Assembly: GCA_943789275.1 (NCBI GenBank)
Contig: CALSTM010000002.1
Span: 480,001-512,000, forward strand
Source of the DNA: Candidatus Poseidoniaceae archaeon
GTDB taxonomy: Archaea; Thermoplasmatota; Poseidoniia; Poseidoniales; Poseidoniaceae
Length of the DNA: 32,000 nt
Direction: 5' to 3'
Within the stretch, counting starts at the first letter, position 1, and each line of letters opens with the position of its first letter. A model generated the notes under the pieces. It worked only from the letters and a program-made list of their open reading frames with translations, ran no database searches and was not told where the DNA came from. A program made the position numbers and the translations under genes. This document shows positions 1 through 9,100 of the stretch, piece after piece.

Positions 1-223
1 CATCAAGGTCTGAAGACTGTTCAAGTTGTGACAAGAGGTGACCCATTTCGTCATCGACGAGGCGCGTATGACGTTCCGCAGCAAGCCAAGAAAGTATATC
101 GGAACGCGCTTCTGAGCCCTTTGAAGGCATGAACGTCTCTTGGTCCCATCCAAGATGCCCTTGAAGCGCACCAAGACGGTGAATGTCTTTTACCCGTTCA
201 ATGAACGCTGAATATGTCTGCAT
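1..223 (-). CDS. M32 (Taq-type) metallocarboxypeptidase, N-terminal 74 codons only; the gene continues past the left edge
   Basis: My own minus-strand translation from ATG (223-221) reads MQTYSAFIERVKDIHRLGALQGHLGWDQETFMPSKGSEARSDILSWLAAERHTRLVDDEMGHLLSQLEQSSDLD. The L-x-W-D-Q-x-T-x-M-P-x-x-G...R pattern is the conserved N-terminal segment of M32 carboxypeptidases. It is absent from the ORF track because it is open at the window edge. Confidence 0.6.
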   Translation of the reverse strand, partial: MQTYSAFIERVKDIHRLGALQGHLGWDQETFMPSKGSEARSDILSWLAAERHTRLVDDEMGHLLSQLEQSSDLD

Positions 224-342
224 GCTCTACCCATTCCTCCATCCATCATGAACACTCGTATGGTATTTTTCGAGGGGGCGAGCCGAGTTTGTAATGCAAA
301 TACTGCCACACATTGAAGTTGTTAAGCCTCGTCGGAGTTTTT

Positions 343-1515
343 ATGGTGCGGCCTTTTTCTCGTAAGGCAAACAAATCTGCGCCAATTCCTGTCGAGGATG
401 AAGAACTTGAGGAAGTCATCGATGAGGTTGAAGAGCCCATTGAAGAGACTCCTGAAACAGAAAAAACCCAACCGGAAGTTCAACCAGAAGAGGATATCCC
501 TTTTGATGAACTTTCTATAGAAGAAGTCGCTGAGAATTTGAAAACCAGCGCTCAAACAGTTATCAAAACATGTATGGATATTCGTAGAGGAGAAAATGTC
601 CTTATTGTTTGCGACCCTACGACCGGAGACATTGGCCAAGCATTGCATGAAGCAGCCAACGAACGGTCGGACCGAGTCTTGCTCATCGTCATGCCAAAAG
701 CCCGGCACCACGGTGAAGAGCCACCTTCGCCAGTAGCCAACCTAATGCGACAACAACAGGTTGTTATTGCACCGACACGTTACTCACTCACTCATACACG
801 TGCCATTCGCCAATCGGTTCGTGGAGGGGCAAGGGTGGCCACCATGCCCGGAATGACCAATGAGATGTTCAGTCGCGGAGGTATGTCCGCAGACTTTAAT
901 GAAATCAAGCAAAAAATCAGCGACCTCACCCCTTATTTCCGACGGAGAAGAATTGTTCATGTTAAGTCAGAACAAGGCACTGATGTATCGTTTGAAGTGA
1001 ATTGGCGTGAATGGAAACTCGACGACAATGGAATATGTAACCGTCCGAAGATGCTCACGAACCTTCCCGCTGGAAAGGCGTTCATCATGCCGCGTGAAGG
1101 AACCATGAACGGTACGGTGGTCATTGATGGGTCATGGGAATCAAATCTTGTTGACGAACCAATCACACTGATTATCGAAGAAGGAATGGTCATGGACGTC
1201 AAGGGAGGTACAACTGCTGCCACTATTCGGCAAGAGTTTGGCGAAGCTGCGAAGCGATTACGGACCAAAGACCGTGAAAATGTTTGGACTGTTGCCGAAT
1301 TTGGATTTGGTATGAATCCACAAGCGCGCCTCTCTGGTAACGTTCTCGAAGACGAAAAGCGATTGGGTACATGCTATTTCTCAGTTGGAGACAACACGGC
1401 CTTAGGTGGAACCTCTGCAGTTGGAATACACATACCAGGAGTTCTCAAAAACGCTAGTGTATGGTTGGATGACACCCAACTAATCACCAACGGCGAATTT
1501 TCGCTTTGGGATTAA
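343..1515 (+). CDS. M29-family aminopeptidase (aminopeptidase T / AmpS-PepS-like, COG2309 type) with a ~70-aa acidic E/P-rich N-terminal extension
   Basis: Family-typical blocks are present: GENVLIVCDPTT, SLTHTRA, GARVATMPGMTNEMF, LTNLPAGKAF, GTVVIDGS and EFGFGMNPQARLSGNVLEDEKRLGTCYFSVGDN. The ORF track starts at TTG 313. I prefer ATG 343, which is preceded by GGAG plus 5 nt. Confidence 0.7.
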   Translation: MVRPFSRKANKSAPIPVEDEELEEVIDEVEEPIEETPETEKTQPEVQPEEDIPFDELSIEEVAENLKTSAQTVIKTCMDIRRGENVLIVCDPTTGDIGQALHEAANERSDRVLLIVMPKARHHGEEPPSPVANLMRQQQVVIAPTRYSLTHTRAIRQSVRGGARVATMPGMTNEMFSRGGMSADFNEIKQKISDLTPYFRRRRIVHVKSEQGTDVSFEVNWREWKLDDNGICNRPKMLTNLPAGKAFIMPREGTMNGTVVIDGSWESNLVDEPITLIIEEGMVMDVKGGTTAATIRQEFGEAAKRLRTKDRENVWTVAEFGFGMNPQARLSGNVLEDEKRLGTCYFSVGDNTALGGTSAVGIHIPGVLKNASVWLDDTQLITNGEFSLWD

Positions 1516-3058
1516 TCAACGAACGCCGCCGCTCTGTGTACCACAGATTGGACAGAACCGCCAATATGGGTCCAGTCCAATACCACATCCACGGCAAAGA
1601 ACGCCTGAACGGATGGTTGGCTGAATCGGTTGTTGTGGTTGATTCCAGCCCTGTTGTTGCTGTCGGCTGCTGATTCCAGCCTTGTTGTTGCTGTGGCTGT
1701 TGATTCCAGCCCTGTTGTTGCTGTGGCTGTTGATTCCAGCCCTGTTGGGGTTGATGCTGTTGAGCGGGTTGCTGTTGAACAGGTTGTTGCTGAACAGGTT
1801 GTTGCTGCGCAGGTTGTTGCTGTGCAAGTGGTTTTCGAACAGGAGCAACAGGGCGAGGAAGAGATTGAGTTTTCTCCGCAGCGGGAGAAGAAATAAACTC
1901 AGAAAGAGAAACTGTTCCGTCTCCGTCCGTATCAGCCTGCTCATGCAGTTCCTTTGCTTCTTCAAGTGAAGTACCAGTGGCGACGGCCAGTTCTTCGACG
2001 GAAAGCTCCTTACTTCCATCGGTATCTGCAGCAAGGAAATGTTCTGCAGCACTCACAAATTCTTCTTCCTCAACGTGTTCAGGTTCAGGTGTTGGTTCAG
2101 GAACAATCTCAGGAACCGGTTCGGGAATTGGCTCTTCCACTTGTTCAGGCTCAGGAATTGGTTCTGGAAGAACGGGATGTTCTTCTTTGCCTAATCCAAG
2201 ATCAAAGGCTCCAGAAAACGCATTTTCTTCTGCACGGGCCACCATACGCTCATTGTTGGTGTCAAGGACCGGTTCAACAACCGCCACGGGTTCGACTGAC
2301 GGTAATTCTACAGTGCCGGAAACTTCAGCCGGAGAAGGAAGGTCTGGAAGTGATACTTCTTTCTCGACTTTAGGTGTTGATGGAAGAGGAACTTCCTCTA
2401 CGGGTAGAGGTGTTTGGACCGCTGGTGTTGGAACCGAACGAGGAACCGAGGCAATAGGGGCAGCGGCCGCTTTACCACTTGCCAACGAAGGGACTGGCAA
2501 GGCATGCCCTGCAACATCCAATGATGCATCAAGTTCGTCAGCCACGTCGAGAAGTGTGGCGGTGTGGGATGCAGGGTCTGCGAACAATTGTTTGAGCGTG
2601 TTGAGGTAACGGGTGACTTCACCTTCAGAACCTGTTGTTGAAGCAACTGCCAGCAGTTTGAGAATACGCATTGGATCGGCCAATGTTGCTAATTTACTCA
2701 GATCTTCTTCGGATAATGAAGGAGATTGGCCGCTGGAATCACCAGATGAGTCGGGTAGACCGAGGTATTGTGAAAGAGGGTCTGGGAGACTCATGAGGCC
2801 AAGATGACCTGCAACCAAGTAGTAAATTTCTCCACCTTCACATTGAATGCGTTCGCTTGCTGCTTCAAAGTCAAAATCACCCGGTAGAAGAACGACATCC
2901 GACAGAATAGAGAAAAACTGCTCCATTGCCTTTTCTTGTTCCATGCCCATCAAGGTGTGAACCATATCAGAAGACTCGATGACGCCGAAATATGCTGCTG
3001 CATCATCGACTTCAATCCCGGTGGGTAGAGATGCTCCTTCAAGTTCCTTATCGGCCAT
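1516..3058 (-). CDS. Composite protein with an unknown N-domain, P/E-rich linker, EF-hand pair, Q-rich repeats and a C-terminal zinc ribbon; the frame is interrupted by a 1-nt insertion near 1664
   Basis: The 524-aa ORF (1484..3058) carries two canonical EF-hand loops, DTDGSKELSVEE (1991-2026) and DTDGDGTVSLSE (1898-1933). It then has (QQQPA/V)n and QQGWNQQPQQ repeats. A second frame (the 178-aa ORF ending at 1516) continues QQQQGWNQPQQPIQPTIRSGVLCRGCGIGLDPYWRFCPICGTQSGGVR, which is a CxxC...CxxC zinc ribbon (1540-1596). Removing C1664 joins the two frames into about 513 aa. Confidence 0.6.
1639..1828. repeat. Intragenic tandem repeats: 4 copies of a 30-nt unit (1639-1759, first copy 31 nt) followed by about 4 copies of a 15-nt unit (about 1764-1825)
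   Basis: The unit ttgattccagccctgttgttgctgtggctg is repeated head to tail. Copy 1 reads ...gctgtCggctg and so carries one extra base. The second block repeats caggttgttgctgaa-like units. On the minus strand these encode QQGWNQQPQQ and QQQPV/A. Confidence 0.9.
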
Positions 3059-3147
3059 GTCTTATCCCCCTTCAACTCGCCCAATTGAAACTTGTTCTTG
3101 AGTATGATGTTTCAAACCAATGCTTGAGCGAACGTCGTGGTTTCATT

Positions 3148-6100
3148 TCAACGACTCCTGCCGATGTTGAATATCGCTCTTGATTGAGGAGCGGACCATC
3201 CAGTCTCTTGCAATTGCATGAGGATTGTACGCTCATTTTCACCATCAGCCAACGAGGATTCAACCCAGTCAGCAGCTGATTCCCGGTCATCTGCTTGCCA
3301 TTCTTCAAAAATAGATAAATCAATGTTCAGTTTAGCCTTGCGGACCTTCGCTGAAGTATCGACTTCAGGCTCCGGCTCATCTGCAAACGATGAAACCTTC
3401 TTGGCGGCTGTTTTGGGAGTTCTTTGACCACGAAGTGGACCGCTGGGGGGGCCACCGGAAGTGCTCCTAGGAGGACCTCTTGGTCCTCGACCAGGTGGGC
3501 CGCTTGAAGGGCCTGAAGAGGCACTCTTCGGAGGGCCACCTGGGCCACTGCTTGAAGGACGACCTGTCGGTCCACCTCGAACAGTCGCTGGAGCAGCTCG
3601 TTGCTGAGGCTTCTGAGCACTACGGCTGTTACGGAATGGGAGAGGTTCCTCGTCATCGTCCCAATCGTCCCAATCGTCTTCATCATCATCGAGATCATAA
3701 TCTCCGCTGCGTCTACGAATGATAAGAATACCAACAACAAGTACGACAAAAATACCGGCCCCAGCTGCAATGAGCGTGGTTGAATTCATCAAAGACGATG
3801 CAGTATCCTCAGTGCTCGAATCCTTCTTTGGACAGCCGTCAGCGAAACCATCGGAACCGGCAGGGTCGTTGGGGCAATTATCAATCAGATCGGAAACACC
3901 GTCGTTATCTGAATCAAGTTGACTCAAGACACAACCGTTCTCGTCGATGCTGTCTTTTTGTGAGTAAGGGGTATCAGGACATAAATCAGGAGATGTCCCA
4001 TTCGGGTTATCCCCAAGCCCGTCGTAATCTGCATCTTCCCACTGGGTTGGGTTTCCTGCTAAGCCTGCTGGTTCAAATTCGTCTCGATAACCATCTCCGT
4101 CATCAAAACAACCGAGGAAATCGATGAATGATGTTCCAAACTCAAGTGGACAATCATCCGCTTCAACACCTGCAAGGTTGTCACCGTAGCCATCTCCATC
4201 TTGATCAAACCATTGTGTGGCTTCGGATGCGAATGCGTCACCGGATTGATTCTCTCGCAATCCAGAAGTCTCGTTGATTGTGTAGATGTAGGTTCCAAAA
4301 TAACCATCACCGTCAGGGTCAGCTGATTCGTCAATGCATCCATCAGAAAGAACTGGTGTTCCTGGAAGCGTATCGGGGCATTGGTCATCAGCGTCTTTGA
4401 CACCGTCAGAATCAGAATCTCGTTCAGAGGCTGAACAACCGTTTTCATCAACGCTATCTCGTTCGCTTTCCATCGTGTTCGGGCAAAGGTCAGCAGGCCC
4501 TGTCACGTTGTCCATATCGTCATCGGAAAGCAATTGTGCATCGCTGCATCCATCGGCATCAACCGTATCGCCGAACAAGGTTGAAGGACACAGATCAAGA
4601 TGATTGAAAACCGTATCTTCATCATCATCCAGTTGATTGTCTGCACAACCAACAGAATTGACGACCAAGCCAGCATCCGTATCAGGACAAATATCTTCTA
4701 AATTCGGAATAAAATCCCCATCATCATCGGTACCGTCGATGAATCGACAACCGATTCCTGTGCCATCAACATACGGACTTGTTCCTTGAAGAATACCAAC
4801 AATTGTCGGGCATTCATCGGCTTGGTACCCGTTTGGGTTATCTCCGAAACCATCGTCATCAAAATCAAGCCATTGGGTTGGTTCTGTAGGGAATTTGTCT
4901 TGAGAATCCATCCAACCGTCTCCATCTGAGTCCGGACAGCCAGGATAGGGGCTGGTCGAATTACCGAAGACGCCTGGACAGCCGTCCAGCACAAGTCCAT
5001 CTCCGTCGTTTTCTGTCGAATTGTCGGTCACATTGTAAGAATCAGTCCATCGGTCCGGATGGCCATCCGAATCATTGTCTTCCGCCGCAGCGACGTTGTC
5101 CGGGAAACGGTCTGGATTGGTCGCTCCTTCGGAGCCGTTATCGCCGTAACCGTCGCCATCACTGTCAGCCCATTGGGTCGGGTCAAGCGGCCATGCATCT
5201 GCGCCGAGGGAAGCGTTCCATTCAAATCCGCCAACTGTTGAAGGGTCAGATGAGCCATCGGAATCAGAATCCGGACAACCCTTTCGGTCTCGGAACGATA
5301 CTCCATAGTCCCATTTACAAGCGTCTCCTTGGGTGAAGTCAGATGAGTTATCGCCCCATCCATCACCGTCAGAGTCCTTGTATTGTGATGGATTGAAGGG
5401 GAATAAATCACCATCTGGCTGGCCAGAATCGTATTCGGTTATACAGCAATCCGGCCCGGAGTTATCCCCGTACCCATCGCCGTCAGAATCCGAGGCAAGT
5501 TTCCAGTTGAAGATGAAAACATCACCATCAAAATACATGAAATTATTGTTCGACCAACCGTCTTGGTCATAGTCATCACAACCCAGTCGGTCAATCCATG
5601 AATCTCCAGAATCGTCGTTGCATGCATCATCTGCATCTGCGTACCCGTCGTTATCAAAATCAAGACATCCGTACGTGAAGTACGATGAAGGAGCATCGAT
5701 TGTTGGACAAGAATCGGTCATGGGGCCATATGCGTTCTCACCAAAGCCATCACCGTCACTGTCTGCCCACTGATTGCCCAAGTGTGGAAGTTCATCGAGC
5801 AGATCAAAAATAAGGTCTCTGTCCGTATCGACATAGAGCCGGAGTGATTTAACCACTTGAGCAGAGTCGTCTTTGAACGCCATGTGGAGGGTTTCGTTGG
5901 AATCGGTGAACAAACCTACGCTGTCCGTGGTCGAGATGTCGCCGAACGAGAGAGAATTCCAGTGATACGAGGATTCTGCAGTGTTCAGGCTGTTCCAAGT
6001 AAGAAGATTGGTTTGACCGGTACTTGTCATGAGAAAATACGTGTCATTCTCAACAGTCAAGTCCCACGTTCCTCCAGCATTGGAATCTGGCTGATGTCCG

Positions 6101-9100
6101 AATGACGACCAATGCCCGGTTGAATTACGCACATAGAGTACGTCCGTGGTTGAATCGCCACGTACCGCCATAGCAGGCCATTCCCCACCGACGAGGTCAA
6201 GTTTGAACGTACCGATTGCCCCTGAAGGCTGAGCAAGATTTGAAACGGTAATCCATGAAGAATTATTTTCCCACGTTGAACCGTTCAACTGACGCTCGTG
6301 AACATTGAGTACCCCGGTTGAAGTGAGGCTTGAGACCATCAGCACATCGGTATCGGTCACCTCCATCGAGATGTTACTGGACAAGTCGGTCAATCCGGTG
6401 ATGACATTTTCGCTAACATTGGAGCCATTATAGATCCAAACCGTTAGATTATGATTGGACCCCTCAGCGTGAATCAACGCAACAGCAAGATTACCGTTTG
6501 GCAAAATTATTGGAGCAAAATCACCGGATACTGCGGCACCTTCATCTCCTAATTGCGTGTTAATCCAGTTTCCATTGATTTCTTCCAAATAGTAAAGTTG
6601 TTCATTGGTTGAATCTCTATAAACGGCGGCTGAAGTGTCGTTCGTATCGATGACAACTTGAATCGGGTCAGCCAGATCGACGCCGGTAGAGAAGGGGGTG
6701 TGCAACCATCCCGAGTCGTCTTCTTGCGATACATAAATTTCGAAGCCACCGATGTCATCGGCAGCTCTCATGATGTGCTGGTGACCATCTGAATCGAGGG
6801 CAGAACCAAGGAATTGGGCGTTTTGATGCGTCGTAAGAATACCTTGCTCAACCGCAGTGTAACTTGAAGTCGTGTGGACTTTTAGTGCATTACCGCCTTC
6901 TGTAACAACGATGAGGGGTCGCCCTGAACTGGTACCTCCAAACGCAAAACTGGTTAAATTTGAGGCGTGAGATGGCAGGGTTTTATCCGCCCAAACACCT
7001 GTTGCAGTTCCGTCGTCAACATGCTCTAGGAAATGCAGGGACTGTGATGATTCAAAGGAAAGAAGCATACTTGCTTCACCGCGGCTGGAAGTTGAAAGTT
7101 CAAGGAAAGCGAGCTCCTCGTTGAATGTGAAGGTCGTCGATTCCCAGTCGCGTTCAGAATACATTTCGTGAACTACCTCGAACGATGATCCGGATGTCTG
7201 ACGAACACTCAAACTGATTTCGCTCAAACCATCACCATCTACATCTCCATTCGTCGACATAGACAGGCCTTTGTAGGCTTGAACTGAGCCGGTCGCCAGC
7301 AATTCAGAGTTTGCCGTTAATCCGATGGAAGAGCCCAAATGAAGTTCCACTTTACCGGCCCGTGTAGCTCCAAGTTGCATGATTAATACGTCGTCATAGC
7401 CATCCTCATTGACATCGCCTGCTTGCTTGAACATACGGCCAAGCATGGCGTTGGAATCCTCGCCAGAACGGGTCCAATTCGGTGTCGAAGATGAAATTCC
7501 TGCGGAAGAACCGTGGTACAACCACATCTTGCCGGCTTGGTATGCCGAAGTGCTGTTGAAGAGTTCTGAAAACATCATGTCATCATAGCCGTCTCCATTG
7601 ACGTCCCCGATGTAATCGATGGTGAATCCAAACATCTTGCCTTGCAGATTGGAATTGATGGTTTGGTCTGGCGTCCCACTCACTCCAAACTCCGAACCGA
7701 GGTAAATTTCCACTCGTGGGAACCCACTAAAGGAATCCAAGTTTGCAGCGTTGGAAACCAACAGGTCATCGTAACCATCACCGTTGAGGTCTCCTGAACC
7801 AGAGAGTGATTGGCCAAGACGGGTGTTTTCTTGCGTCTGCGAAATGTTGCGTAAATGGTCCATTCCACTCAAATTGCCCTCGAAGATCGAAATCTTGCCT
7901 TTGTGGACAATCTCGGACGGTGTTGTGGCAATAACTGCTGAATAATTACCTGAAACAACTGCTAAATCAGCGTATTCATCACCGTTCATTGCCGGTATCT
8001 CTTCGATTTTCCAACCAAAGGCGTCGCCGGCGTTACCTGTTTGATTCCACCATGACTGTGTGTCAATTCCGGTCGTATTTCCGAGATAAATCTCGACCAT
8101 TCCGTTGTCTCCTAATCCGTTTGCAAGCGATGTATTCCAGCCCGATGAACCAACAGCCACATCTGCAAAGCCGTCACCGTTGAAATCAGCCACGGAAATG
8201 TCAGAACCCAGCCGTTGACCTGCTTGTGTACCAACGACGGATTGAACGGTGCTCGAGAGACCAAGTGAAGAACCAAGCACAACTGAAAATCGGCCGACAT
8301 CAGCGTCGAATGAAGAAAAGTCAGGTTCGGAATAAATAAAATCGTCATAGCCATCTGCGTTCACATCTGCAAACGAAGATTCACCTTCTTCAGCAGCCAA
8401 TGACGCTGTGACCGCATCGTTTGGCACGGGGTCAATTCGTCCTTCGTCTTGTCCCGATAGGCTTCGAAGGAGTTGTAAGTTCGTCACACCAGCAGAAACT
8501 GACGTCGTTGCAATTTGCTCGACAGCATCGGTGTCCAGGCCCATACCGATGTGCCCGGCAAGGTTCGAATCGCGGAGTAAGACTCGCCGGTCGTAGGTTG
8601 AACCATCGTAACGAATCAATCGAACTTCATCATCAGCGGTGTAAAGGAGGTGTGCAATGCCATCTGCATCCATTTCCAGCACCATTGATTGACCAACTGG
8701 ACCTGCATCGAGCAGTTGATGGTACCAAATGTTACCGCTGTAATTCATTTCCCACAACGAGCCATTGATATCTCTAAAAACAGCGTATTCGAGTTGCTTT
8801 TCCGGTAAAACTACCATTTCAAAACCCGTTGGATGAACGTCGTAAAGAACCGTGATTTTCTGCCATGTCTGTTCCGAATAAACTGAGTTTTGGAAGGCAA
8901 TATGTGCCGATTTAACGTTTGCACCGTCTGCATAGAGAACATATTGGCGGCCGTTCTCGTTGACTGCCAAGGCACAGTCGACAAGTGAAGAGGTGTTTGA
9001 AGGAGAAACGGTATCAACCAAATACATTGTCCAAGCAGAGTCAAATGACCCTTGTGAAGCCATTCCAGCATCAAGAGAGCCAACATAAACATCTCCTTCA

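Noticed and set aside
1630-2807. Several plus-strand ORFs (88, 95, 139, 210 and 64 aa) inside the EF-hand/Q-rich gene
   Set aside because: They are mirror-frame products of low-complexity P/E/Q-rich coding sequence (L/V/S/G-rich nonsense). The minus-strand frame carries the EF-hands and zinc ribbon.
3640-3717. DDDEDDWDDWDDDEE read as a functional analogue of the WASP-family acidic (Arp2/3-binding) motif
   Set aside because: The resemblance is compositional only. Nothing in the window indicates actin or Arp2/3 homologues, and acidic stop-transfer-adjacent clusters are common. It is mentioned only as context for the Trp-acidic finding.
3790-5770. Periodic DNA repeats that might be mistaken for a CRISPR-like or satellite array (also 12705-14505)
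   Set aside because: The repeats are degenerate at the DNA level, lie in a continuous ORF and encode TSP3 calcium-binding units. There are no identical direct repeats with unique spacers and no cas genes.
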